Part shown: one piece after another, positions 40,474 through 53,942 of the stretch
How positions within the stretch are numbered: position 1 is the first letter of the stretch
Layout: each line of letters begins with the position of its first letter
NCBI RefSeq assembly: GCF_039654945.1
Contig: NW_027361797.1
Location: 38,068,001-38,132,000, forward strand
DNA length: 64,000 nt
Source of the DNA: Dendrobates tinctorius
Taxonomy: Eukaryota
Direction of reading: 5' to 3'
Translations under genes and position numbers: made by a program
The notes under the pieces: model-generated
What the model was told of the DNA's origin: nothing
What the model saw: the letters and a program-made list of their open reading frames with translations, nothing else
Database searches by the model: none

Positions 40474-43148
40474 GGATTCACACTACAAACTGCATAAATT
40501 ATTAAATACACAAACACACAATATATGTTATAACTGATGAGGCTGGTGTACTGGCTTCCAAAATACATGTCAGAATGGGTTGCATAATACTTTTTGATAT
40601 TAAAATTTTGATATCATCCTGATATTAAGATGAGCATTTTAGTACCTAAATTTTAAAGGGTGTGTACATCTTTACAATTTTTTTTTTTTTTTCATTGTTT
40701 TTGCTTCTAACTAGTCTTCATTAAAATTTTTCCACCAATTTTCCTGCTGCAGATTGTCGGGCTTTTTTTCTAGAAAATGTTGAAAACCAGTTGGACCAGC
40801 TGCTCCTGGCTTTGACATCTCTCTGCTCTCTCCCTTCTCTATGGGTACGTGCACACACTGCGGAATGGGGTGCTGATTTGGCCGTGTGGATTAAATCTGC
40901 AGGTCAAAAGACCTGCGGTTTTACCTGCAAATTAGCCTGCGGTTTATCATCTCTACAATGGAGGAGATAGGAATCCGCAGAAAGAATTGACATGTCAATT
41001 CTTTTTGCAGTTTAGAAACCGCAGCAAATCCACGTGGAAAAATCAGCACCATCTGCACTGCGGTTTTTAATATCCAAATCCGCTGCGGATGTGCAGCAGA
41101 ATCCGCAGCGTGTGCACACACCCTAAGTGTCAGAGATAGCAGTGAAGGAGAAGAGAAATACACAGATATTCACAGTATGGATAGGGAAAAAGTGTCTACA
41201 GTCTCGGGGAGTGCAGAGAAATCAGGCTTTAGAAAAGGAGGAAAACGCATGAAGAGGAAATGAGCACCGGAAAGAAATTATGCTGATACATGAGCTAAGG
41301 AAGACTGCAGCACCACGGATAACCACAGACCTTACATCCAGCTTGTATTACCTACATTACTCCCACAAGCGAAAAATCTGAATGATGCGGAAAACTACAT
41401 GTCGGGAGTTGTAGAAATGAATGACTAGTTGAAGACTGCAAACTGAAACTTAATGCAATTTTATTAACTAAAGGTAATCAGTAACTTGTAAAAATGAGCC
41501 GCCATCTTCTTCTGTTCCCATCGCTGATCCGGTCGTCTTCTGTAGTTTGGGACATGCCCCATAGTTCCAGTGTTTTCCGGAAGTCAATACTGAATGCAAA
41601 TCTATGAGAGCCTGAATGAGGGTCTCATAGACTTACATTGAGAGCCTGTGTCCGTTACTTCGGTCAAGTTGCTTTCACATGATGGTGGGTTAAGTCCGGA
41701 GCGGTGTCGGGAACAGCTGTAGACAGTGGCTGATATGTGTATTATTAGAGGATTAGTGACACCACTCCAGCAATGAAATTAAAAAAAATTCCTGGAGGTG
41801 GGGGTCCTTGGTGCACCCATGGTGTGGCCAAGGGCTCAGAATGCCGTTCCGGCCCATCAATTCGCATGCTGCCAACGTCATGTTAGCTTGATGACCACAC
41901 TTTTGGTGGTCCAGAGTGAGTGCTGCCCGCATTAAATGCCCAGGCCTGCACTAATACTGCAGGAGCCCAATGAGCGCATTAACACGCAGCGTCCGTACAG
42001 ACTCGCTTTACTGCCTCTCTCCTGTCTGCGGTGTCCGCTCGCTGCACACAGGATTACATAGTACCAATGCAGACAGGAGAGACGGATGAGAGCGTGCAAA
42101 CACTGACACTGAGTGCTCTCGCTTGCTTGACCTATTCAGTGTCAGTGTAGCATACAATCTATTGTAGCAGTGTGTCCACTTCATTCACTATTACCTTGCT
42201 CTCCTTCCTGGATTTTCAGATAACCCTGGAGTTCTTGCCAATAATGGTATATGTGAATACATCAACTGCACTACCGATGGGGGATATGGCTCACTTATCT
42301 TATACACATCCTGATGAAGGGTACATCACCCGAAACATTGCTATTTACTGTTAAAGGGGTTTTCCTACTAACAAAGTTAATTTTAAAGTGGATTTTAATC
42401 AATACATCTTGGAATAATAATAATTTCCTCAATTGGATGTGATTACAGAAAATGTTCCTGTGCTGAGATAATCTTATAAATGTGCCCCAGACATGTGCTG
42501 TGTAATGGCCGTGTCTGATCGTGAAGGAACATGGTCTGATCGTACCACAACTGGGTTTTGTAAAGTCTTTTTACAGTCATTAATTTTTACCTATGGAACA
42601 TTGAAGAAACTGTCTGCGGTTTCTCAAGCACAAACGATGGCATCCTGTGACGTTTGGGCATCTTGAGCTTTCCCATTGACTTGTACTGTAAATTACAGAA
42701 CATCTCCCTAGCTGAAAATGCCAGAAGAGTGGACCGGTCACTACTTTTTTGTATTTTTAGTAACAAAGTGGTTAAAAGTCAAAAGGCTGAACATATAAAG
42801 AACAAGTCATGTTTACCTAGAAATGCGTATGTTCATTCTTTAGGGCGTTTTTCACGTGGTTTTCACTGCAGAATCCACCAAAAAAGACATTGTGTGCACA
42901 GACCCTACAGGGGCAACCCCTAGTCAGGCACCAGAGATTTTTTTGGAAGATTTCGGCAATGGACAGTACATGTCTAACAGCATTCCAGATATGGGAGTGT
43001 GTTTCTGTATGTAACGTGGACTCTCCCGTAGCAGCTACTGCTAGACCGAATTAAACCTCATTCACACACGCTCTGATCCGAGTCAGAGTGCCTGGTATTA
43101 ACATGTGAAACTCGGCCTTGTTTCTCGCATGTGTGATCCCGACTTTAA

Positions 43149-43731
43149 AGGGAATCTGTCACCCCATTTTTCGACTATGATCTGCCGGCACCGCCATCAG
43201 GGGCTTATCTACAGCATTCTGTAATGCTGAAAGATAAGAAAAATGAGTTATATTATACTCACCCAGGGGCGGTCCGGTCTTGGTCTGATGGGTACCACGG
43301 TCCATCGCCTCCCATCTTCTAACGGTGACGTCCTCCTCTTTGCTTCCCGTCGTGGCTCCTGCGCAGGCGCACTGCTCTGCTCTGTTGAGGGCAGAGCAGA
43401 ATACTGCAGTGCGCAAGCGCAGGACCTCTCCCGGCACCTGCGCACTGCAGTACTCTGCTCTGCCCTCAACAGGACAGAGCAGTGCGCCTGCGCAGGAGCC
43501 ACGACAGGAAGCAAAGAAGGGGACGTCACCGTTAGAAGATGGGAGGCGCCGGACCGGACCGCGACACCCATCGACCAAAACCGGACCCCCTGGGTGAGTA
43601 TAATATAACTAATTTATCTTATCTTTCAGGTTACATCTTGAGCTTAGCTACAGCATTACAGAATGCCTTAGATAAGCCCCTGATGGCGGTGCTGGCAGCT
43701 GATAGTCAATAAATGGGGTGACAGATTCCCT
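43149..43731. mobile_element. TTAA-targeting palindromic MITE (T2/Kolobok type); truncated copy at 12975-13290
   Basis: TTAA-AGGGAATCTGTCACCCCATTT ... AAATGGGGTGACAGATTCCCT-TTAA; arms inverted over nearly the whole length. Confidence 0.9.
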
Positions 43732-44659
43732 TTAATGACATACCTCCTCGGTTTCTGACACTGGACTCTTGACTATCCGGTCTCATGGCTTGTCTGTGAG
43801 AAGTGACTCGGCGTCACAGTAAGTCTATGCATCTGTACAAAACACTGGACTGCACGCAAGATCGAGCCAAAGGCCATTAAACAAATAATAAATTATTTGC
43901 TACCTCTTACATATGTGGGACCTTTTTTCTTTTTGGGTGACTGATGCAGCTAATAAAGGGTTATTCCCACCTGTGCCTGTCCTGGCTGAGGTGGGAATCA
44001 CTGCCTCCAAGTCCTGGACAACAGCAGGTTCCAAGAACAGTCGCTGAGTGCGACTGTACTATTCTGTTTGCACAACTCCCATAGAAATGAATGGGAGCTA
44101 TGCCTCCAGTGTAGCGCTTTCTCCCATTTGTTTCTAGGGGACTTGCACAAACAGGACTGCAGCAGCCATAATCGTCTGTGTTTGTAACAAGCCTGTGGTG
44201 GCCGAGACCTGGATGCAGCAGGCAGGGACGGATATTATGCTTTGGGTACTTTGGAGCGATCCCGAACGGTAAGGCCACAAGGAGCGACCACCAGGAGCCC
44301 AGACAGTGTGCGTTTCTGAATGTTAGAGGCCTCACTATAAGGCCTCGTTCACACCCTCAGTGTTTGGTCAGTTTTTTACCTCAGTATTTGCCAAAACCAG
44401 GAGTGGAACAATCAGAGGAAAAGTATAATAGAGACACGTCACCACTTGTGGATTTATCACCCACTCCTGGCTTTGGCTTACAGATACTGAGGTAAAATAC
44501 TGACCAAATACTGACCGTGTGAACGTGGCTTTTTGCATCTACACAGAATTTGGCACAGTTTTTATTTTTAAATTTTATCAAACTTCTTTAGCAAAACTGA
44601 AATAATTCTTATCAAACTTTAATAAAAAAAAAAATAAAAAAAATGCAAAATTATAAGCT

Positions 44660-44985
44660 CTCCCCCCGACTAGAGCGGGTAACCTCACGTGACTGTTACG
44701 TCATCAATCATGCTAGATAGTACCATAGAGAAGGGCTTCGTTAAGTACAGCTAGTCCACTCGGCGCTGAGAGAGCGCCCTCTTCTGTCTCTATGCTTCGT
44801 GATCACCTGGAAAACGTCCGTGTGGAAACAGAGACGGTGACTATGGTTCCGCCCCTTCTCTCCAGCCTGGTTTCACCCCTCCTTCTCAGCACGGTTGCTC
44901 TCCTCCCACCCATCACTCGCCTCTTCGGGCCGATGTGGGCCATGGACCGGCTCGGTTCCGGAGCTCATCGGCCGAAGCTGCTCAG
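44660..44985 (+). promoter_or_regulatory. METTL9 CpG-rich promoter / 5' leader
   Basis: CpG-rich stretch upstream of the ATG with CACGTG E-box (about 44686), TTACGTCA CRE-like site (about 44696) and CTCF-like AGCGCCCTCT (about 44773). Confidence 0.55.
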
Positions 44986-45132
44986 ATGAAAGTGTTCATC
45001 GGCTGGGTACTCACATACGTGCTCTGCCTGGCCGCGGTGAGGAAGATGTGGAGCAGCCGGTACCTGAGGAGTCACCTGAGTAGATCCCTGTATATGAACA
45101 TGCTGAGCCCTAACCAGGCCCCTTACTGGGAA
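44986..45132 (+). CDS. METTL9: Protein-L-histidine N-pros-methyltransferase METTL9 (DREV1), exon 1
   Basis: MKVFIGWVLTYVLCLAAVRKMWSSRYLRSHLSRSLYMNM... resembles the recalled human N-terminus (MRLLAGWLCLSLASVWLARRMWTLRSPLTRSLYVNM); donor GAA|GTGAGT; 147 nt, phase 0. Confidence 0.88.
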
Positions 45133-48100
45133 GTGAGTCACCAGGTGTGTGCACAGCTGTGGGGTCTGACAGGAGGAGCAGGAGGGCTGCTCCGGGCTAT
45201 CATGTGCTATGACATGGCTGGGTTTAACATTTAGGGGTCATTGTTGTTTTGTTTTCTTTTTAATCTGGTCCGTGTTCACATTGGGTTGGGGTCCGGCTGC
45301 ATTGCACCCCACTAAATACAAGTTAACGGGCGCTGTCCCTTTAATTTCCTTTTTTTTTTAACCTCCGACCAGTTGGGGCGCTCTTTCTGGGTACAAAAGA
45401 GAAGAGCCTCTATACTTAGCACCAAATCGCCCTCTGTTATTGGTTTCCCTAGCAGCCGGACCCCCATTGATCAGGCCCTCGTATTAACGCCCCGTCACTG
45501 TTTTTTCACAGGAAGAATTCCTTCAGTCCAGGCCACAACAAGTAAGAACGTGTTCTCATGTAGATTTTTTTTAGGCATTTAAAAAAAAAAAGGCAAATTA
45601 TAGCCATAAAATCGCAGAGGAAATTCCGTACATTTTTGGTGCTTTTTTTTTTTTTTTTGCAAAGCCGTTTTGATCTCAATGGATAAAAACTTCATTAAAA
45701 TGCTAAGGCCGCGTTCACACTGTGTTTTCCCGTTGCTTTTTCTAAAGCGTGGTAAACTGATCATTTTTTTTTTCTTTTACCATTCTTTATGGAAAATCGT
45801 GCGTCCTGTGGACATGGAAAGGACTGACAGGCTGCGTTTAAAAAAAAAGGAGGAAAAAAAGCAGGGTGTGAATGAGATTTTAGAAATGATTGTAATTTTT
45901 CCTGTTACGGTAAGCACACACAAGCCCGGGGGGCGACACTCGCTCCTCAGAGGGAACGGGGCAGACTTTTATTTTACTATTACACTTAAAGGTGATCCTG
46001 GGGGGCTATCGGGACCTGACGGCTCCCTCTCTGAGGTTCCTTGCTTGCACCTTTTTTGTGCAGGCGCACTTCCATCGCTGCCGTGTGTCACCTGTTAGGA
46101 TTCGTCTTGTGCTGCCGTCCAGGCTTTGTCTCGGTCCCTGTGATCAGCTATTACACTCCGGGCCTGAGTTGTGCCGCCGGTGTGATGGCATGAGGCACCC
46201 AGACATCAGCCGGCAGCGAGTGACGCGCGATTGTCATTCTTCACCAGGATACTGTGCGACTTCCTCCTGCTCATTGTCTGGCAGAGCGACGCCGTCTGCT
46301 CATCACGGGCATGCACTTCTCACCGTCAGGCCACAAGGGGCACGAAAGCCGCCTCATCCCTCCTCTGCTCTTCATCACCTTCTTATTAGCATTCACTATA
46401 GGAGCTCTGCTTTTCCTTTCTGGCTTTCATTCTTTTATTTATTCTTAATATATTGAATCTGTTAACAAAAAATATTATAATATTTATTGTATTTTATTAT
46501 TAAGTTTGTGATGATTATAAATATGAAAATATGTTCTTGGCCAATCTAAAAAAACCTAAATGTCTCCCTTAGTGTCTGCTATTTTTGCATGCATTCCTTT
46601 TCTGTCTGCTGTACCTCTCCCGGGCGCTAGACTGTCTAAATGAGTTTGTTTCCTTCCTTAGATATATAAAATACTATGTATTGATGGTAAATGTTATATT
46701 AGGAGTGGTCGCTGTTTCTGCTCGTTTTAATATTGGATATTTTGTATACAAGGTCGGTTATATTGCGCTTCGTTAATGGATGCAACTTCCAGTGGTCGTT
46801 ATAATAGATGATGTTTGGTGACCAAACCTAGCAGTTATAAAAGGCTGGTGATAAAGTGAAGATTTGGTCTTATTTTTTATTTTTCAATAGGTTGGATGTG
46901 TGTAGTTTAGGTCTTGACATAGGCAAAATTGTGACTTCATATATATTTTTTACCCTCTATAATCTCAGGCTGGACTTAGACGTCTGAGTATGGATCAGGA
47001 TTTTCAGGACAAGCTGGTGGTCTCATGACCCCAACTGAATAGCCTCATATATGCCAACGTGGCCAGTCCTGAGTCACAGTCCATACACGGGCCATGATAC
47101 TGAAATATCCAAACTCAGCCTTGGGCCTTATTCAGACAGCAGGTTGTTGTGTATCCATGGTTTTCACGGATAGTTCTTATACCTGTGATGGTCTATGGGG
47201 CCATTCACGTATCTGATTTTTCGCAGACCAAGAGGTACACGGAAAATTGTGGAGACTTGACCGATTATGATCCGAGGGTCAGCTCAAAATCGCCAATGCA
47301 CGTCTGTAGGGCCGTGTAGAAATCGGACCTCACTCGGATGATATCCGAGTGTGGATTGATTTCTCGGACTGACAGTGGAGAAGGTGGAGAAACGTTTTTA
47401 ATTCTTTTTCTTCATATATGAGAAAAACGGATGACGCTCGGACCACACTCCGATCAATACAATTTGAGCATTTTTGTTGTGCATGTAAAAATTGGACATG
47501 TGAACGATCTCTTACGTCTTATTCAATCCAATGTTCGAATATGAGTGCTATCCAAAATGCATGCGGCAAAAAATGCATGCTTTGGTGTGGTTTTTTTCAT
47601 GCGCTTTTGCGGCTAACTTGTGTGTCTTTGTGCATGCTAATAAAGTTTAGTGTCCCCAGAGGGAGAAAAAACCCTGCTTCCTGTACAACCAAACCTGTAG
47701 ATCATGATCAGATTGGAAAAAAATCGCAGCATGCTGCGGTTGTAATCGAAAATCGGATTGCATCCCGCAATAGAAGTCAATGGGTGTGAGAAAAAATTGC
47801 ACAGCACTCGGACAATGCAAGTGCTGTTAGACTTTTACACACCGATGTCCTTTGAAAAGCTGGCAATTCAGCGGCCGTGTACAGTAAAATTATAGCATGA
47901 CAGGAAAGAATAGATGGATGACATACAGTATACACATAGACAAGATAGATGTCAGTGACATTATAAAATTAGTACAGTCCGTGTGCCGCTTACTGTACAT
48001 GTATTTAATTATTAAAAGATTATTTTTAGAAATAAATGTCATGGGCTCCTGCGTAGTTTTCTTAACCAGCAGAGGGAAAGCCAATGGCTGGGGGCTGATG

Positions 48101-49664
48101 TTTATAGCCTGGGAAGGGGGTAATACCCTTGTAACTTCCCAGGCTATTAATATCAGCTCACAACTGTATACTTAGTTTTTACTGGCTATTAAAATGGGGG
48201 GCCCTAGAAAAAAGATGTAGGGTCCCCCTACAATTAATAACCAGCAAAAGCTATGCAGACAGCTGAGGGCTGATATTAATAGCCTAGGAAGGGGCCATGG
48301 ATACTGGCCCTCCCCAGCCTTAAAACATCAGCTCTCAGCCACCCCAGAAAAGGCGCATCTATAAGATGCGGCAATTCTGGCACTTAACCTCGCTCTTCCC
48401 ACTTGCCCTGTTGCAGTGGCAAGTTGGGTAATAGTTGTGGGGAGGGGGGTTGATGTCACCTTTGTATTGTCAGGTGACTTGATGCTCAGAGGTTAATATG
48501 GAGAGGTGTTAATAAGACACCCACATTACTAACCCCATAGTCATATTGTATAAAAACACAGACACCCAGAATAAAGTCCTTTTAATTGAAAAAATGAGAC
48601 AAACTCCTTTAATAAATCTTAATTAAACCATGCTAATGACATCACCCATTCCAGTGACGCCATTGTCCCCTGCAAGAGAAATAAAATAACAAGCAACAAT
48701 ATTCCTCATCTTTCCGCGGAGAAGATGATACTCCATTTGTCCCACGACTGGTCTAGCTCTGCTACATCTAGATGGCAGGTTGCAGGATGCGACCACACAG
48801 CCTGTCATCCAGCAGAGACACTGAGCAGCGTGTGCTCAGTGTACTCCTATAACCTGAATATTAGCATAAAAAAGCAGCAAAAATGCCGAGTGTGAACTTA
48901 GCCTTAGGCTGGTTTCAGACAATAGTGTTTTGTTGTTCAAGTACGAATTTGCTATTGGTCTCCTGACCTGAATTCACCAGCCTTGTAGACATAAATGAGG
49001 TGGTTAGTTTTGGTCAGGATGGTATCGCAGTCCATTCTCCAAAGCAGAAAACACATATGTGAGTCTGGCATTACGGTGACATCAGTGTGAAAATCTGTAA
49101 GATTTCCACAGAGAATGAGCGCGCTGCAGTTATCGTTCACTGCATGGCGGTACTAAAGTTCTACAGAGCTCATCCCCATGTATTGCTCTGCACATTGCCA
49201 GGGACAATTCCACCATGTCACCTTTGCCTCTGTCTTATAGATGTCCCATAAGGGGCTTCTCTGCTATGGGTTACGAGGGTCCCTTGATGTAAGCAGATCA
49301 CCGTTTCCTCCAATTAGGACCTTCATCATTTAGCTGTTATATATGGGGAATCCTGGCAGTAAGTGTTGAATATCCCTGCAGCGCCACCACGGGGTAAATG
49401 AGGCATTACACCATCAGATGATTGTAGAGGTCCTCCAGAGTCCCCTGTAACCGCACTGCCCTATGGCTGATTGATGAGGATCCTGAATGGAAGACTCCCC
49501 TTTATTACCTGGGAATTCCTAGTAATGTTTATGAATATACGTTTTCTCAACTGGACAACCCCATTAATCTTTGGATAAGCCAGGAAATAATCGTTACGGT
49601 ACATTCTTTCCTTTTGAAGGCCGTGCTAGTAAGATTTATTAACGTCTCCCGTTCTTTCCTATAG

Positions 49665-49856
<192 letters not shown>

Positions 49857-49972
49857 TGAGTAGTATTTCCTCCATCCAGGAGGACATCTCCAGGGCTTCC
49901 ATTCTTCTCTATATGGTTTTAATAATCTTGACCTTTTATATGGGATGGTAATGGTAGTTCTATGTGCACATA

Positions 49973-51527
49973 CAGTGACTTGCCAAAGTATTCACCCCCT
50001 TATCAGTTTTCTTGTTTTGCTACCTCACAACCTGGAATTTCACTTTGTTTTTTTGTTTGTTTTTTTTGAGGGTTTGCATCAGTTCATATAAAGAACATAC
50101 CTACAGCTGCGGACATTTGGTTTTCTTTTTATTGTAAAGCAAGCAGCAAATAGGATAAATTAGTAGAGCCTCCTTTTGCAGCAATTACAATTGTAAGTCA
50201 TTTTCAATAAGTCTCTATGAGCTTTCCATATCTTGCCGCTTGCATTTTTGCTCATTCCTCAAGCTAAAACTGTTCCAGCTCCTTCAGGTTAGATGGTTTC
50301 CTCTGGTGAACAGCAGTCTTCAAGTCTGACCACAGATTCTCAGTTGGATTAAGTTCTGGGCTTTGACTAGGCCACTCCAAAACATTTACACGTTTCCCCT
50401 TAAACCACTCGAGTGTAGCTTTAGCAGTGTGCTTTGGGTGATTGTCTTATTGGAAGGTGAACCTCCATCCCAGTCTCAAATCACTGACAGATTGAAACAG
50501 ATTTTGCTCAAGAATATCCCTGTATTTCTCACCATCCATCTTCCTCTCAACTCAGACCATTTTCCCTGTCCCTGCTGCCAAAAAAACATCCCCACACCAT
50601 TATGCTGCCACCACTATGTTTCACTGTGGGGATGGTGTTCTTGTGGCAATGAACTTTGTTGGTTTTGCACAAGACACAGTGTTTACTTTGGTGGCCAAAA
50701 AGTTCAGTTTTGATCTCCTCTGACTACAGAACCTTCCTCCATACATTTGGGGAGTCTTCCACCTGTCTTATGGCACACTCAAAACAACCCTTATAACTTT
50801 TGTGTGTAAGCAAAGGCTTTTTTTTCTGCCCACTCTTCCATAAAGGCCACGTCTATGGAGTGTACGGCTTATTGCAATCAAATGGACAGATACTCCAGTC
50901 TCTGCTTGGAAACTCTGTAGCTCCTCCAGGATTACCTTTGGCTCTGATTACTACCCTCCTTGCGTCGGCTGATAGTTTTCGTTAGCAGCCCTCTCTTTGC
51001 AGGTTGTTGTGGTACCTTGATCTTTCCTTTTGACATAATGGATTTGATGGTGCTCCAGGTGATCATCAGAGAAAGAGATCTTTGTTTTATAACCCAACCC
51101 TTATACTTTGTCCCTGACTTGTTTGGAGATCTCCTTGGTCTTCAAGGTGTTTGGTTATGCCGTCTGCTTAATGGTGTTGCCGCCTCTGTGGCTTTTCAGA
51201 AAAGGTAAAGTGTATATACCGACAGACCATGTAACGCATAGATTGCACATAGGTGGACTTCCTTTCTCTAAGCTTGTAACTTATAAAGGTACTTGCTTGC
51301 ACCAGAAATCTTTAGGGGCTTCATAGCAAAAAGGGTGAATACATATGCACATGCCAATTTTTAGTTATTTGATCCCATAAATTCAGTTTTTCTCTATATT
51401 TTCTCACTTAGACTATTTAATGCTGATACATCACACACAAAACTGATTACAGAAATATTTAAACACCGGTTGTAATGTAACAAAATAGGTAAAAATCCAA
51501 GGGAGCGAATATTTTTGCAAGCCTCTG
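49973..51527 (-). mobile_element. Degenerate Tc1-family transposon in METTL9 intron 2
   Basis: TA-CAGTGACTTGCCAAAGTATTCACCCC ... GCGAATATTTTTGCAAGCCTCTG-TA termini; decayed minus-strand transposase (EWPSQSP remnant at about 50370-50390). Confidence 0.85.
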
Positions 51528-52248
51528 TAACCGACTATTCACAATTGCTGTGCAGTACGATCATCTCCAGTAATCACATAATAATTTGCAGTTTTATCCT
51601 TACATAAATGCCATTAGCACATCCTGAGACCCCGATCAAATCTTAAAAGGGATCTCCAGATTTGGGGTGCACTTCTACAGTCACATCACCTCAAGTTTGT
51701 GATTTGCATAGTTCCAACCACATGCCAACTAGACGTGTCCAGCCTCGCTCTATATATATTTGTATTGAGCGAGGCCGCGCACATCTAGCTTGTGTGCAAA
51801 TCACACACTTGCAGGCGTGTGCATCAGAGAATCCTGACAGTGCATAGTGCGCGTGCTGTGAGCATTCACAAGTCTGCAGTCATATAAAATGACTGAAGAT
51901 TTGTACCCTAAGGTCAGACAACCCCTTTAAGTAAAGGCAGATGTCCTCTTAACTTGTATAAAGTGGGAACTATTTGAAGGGGAGATAATGGTCAATCAAA
52001 CGACTATATTTACAAAAACCTCACAGCTGTATATTGGTAAATTGCTATATTGTGGATCGATGCTGGTTACCGGAAATGTAACATCTCAAAAACTCACTTT
52101 TTGCCCATAGCAAAATCAATACACAGTGAATTGCTTTTTTTCAGTTTCTGGAACAAAGAGGCATCTGCCATAAAATGATCCGATAAGGGTAATATAGATC
52201 ACTATTTGACAGGTTTATGACCGTGAACTAGGATCACATGGAGCATAG

Positions 52249-52560
<312 letters not shown>

Positions 52561-52561
52561 T

Positions 52562-52816
52562 AGTGCTGAGCGAGTGTTCTGGGATTAGGTGTTATCTGAG
52601 CATGCTCGGGTACTAACAGAGTCTTCAGGGTGCTTGAAAAATATATTTGAGTTCCCGCGGCTGTTAGGCAATCCCTGCCTGTGTTGCGGCTGTCGAACAG
52701 CCGTGAGACATTCAGCCACTGGGACTCGAACATATTTTTCGAGCACGCCGAAGACGCTTGATTAACACACAAGCATGCTTAGATAACACCTGATCCCAAC
52801 ACACTTGCTCATCACT
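52562..52816. mobile_element. Palindromic MITE (second copy at about 58724-58993)
   Basis: AGTGCTGAGCGAGTG...GGTGTTATCTGAGCATGCT ... AGCATGCTTAGATAACACC...CTTGCTCATCACT. Confidence 0.75.
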
Positions 52817-52997
52817 TTACACCAGCACATGGATGACTGTATATGTACAGAGGATATCTCCAGTGCTAGAATGAAGGGTCTCCTCTTGATCTCCCGTCCT
52901 TTAGATGTGCTGGTCTGTCGTTAACCTACAGAATATTTCCAGCAGGAAATCACACGATGCCTGAAAGTTAAGGTTTTTCTTACCACGTCTAACGTGA

Positions 52998-53207
<210 letters not shown>

Positions 53208-53942
53208 TGACCTAATAACCGTCCGTATTTTCATGCTGCAAAGAGTAAAACTACAGCGAAAACCACCTATATTCACACACAGTTTCCTCTGCTGCACCAT
53301 TACCACCCAGTGTGAATGCACTCTAATGTTTGTGCAATGGAGTACATATTGTTTGGTCTGGATTTGGGTACATCCAACCTCTGTGGTGAGAATGAATGGA
53401 GAGATGTCTGTGCATGTATAAAAGGCGTTCTCCCTCACTCCTATATTGCATGCCCAGCATTATTATTATTATTTATTGTTATAGCGCCATTTATTCCATG
53501 GCGCTTTACATGTAAGGAGGAGTATACATAAAAACAAGTACAATAATCTTAAACAATACAAGTCATAACTGGTACAGGAGGAGAGAGGACCCTGCCCACG
53601 AAGGCTCACAATCTTCAAGGGATGGGTGATAATACAGTAGGCGAGGGTAGAGCTCTCCATTCATTCTCCGGCAGCTGCCTCTCCTGTTCTTTCAGAGGAC
53701 CCTCAATTTGTACATAAGTCAGACTTAAGACAACTCACCGAAAAGGATATAAAATGGAAAAAACATCACAGAAAAAAAGGCGGCTGCATTTACCAACGCA
53801 CAGTATTAAATGCACAGCAGGGGTCAGCAGCCTCCATGATAAAGGTGCAGGCTGCAAATGTGCAAAATCCTGATACAGCCACTCGCACACTGACCAATTC
53901 ATGGAGGGGGTGGTTGCCTAGTTTTAGAAATGCACACAGATA

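Noticed and set aside
40534-40575. CTGATGA followed by a small hairpin
   Set aside because: No GAAA box after the stem, so not a hammerhead.
43159-43608. Mirror-image ORFs on both strands
   Set aside because: Consequence of the palindromic TTAA MITE.
44935-44985. N-terminal extension of METTL9 from the ORF track
   Set aside because: Starts at GTG; similarity to METTL9 begins at ATG 44986.
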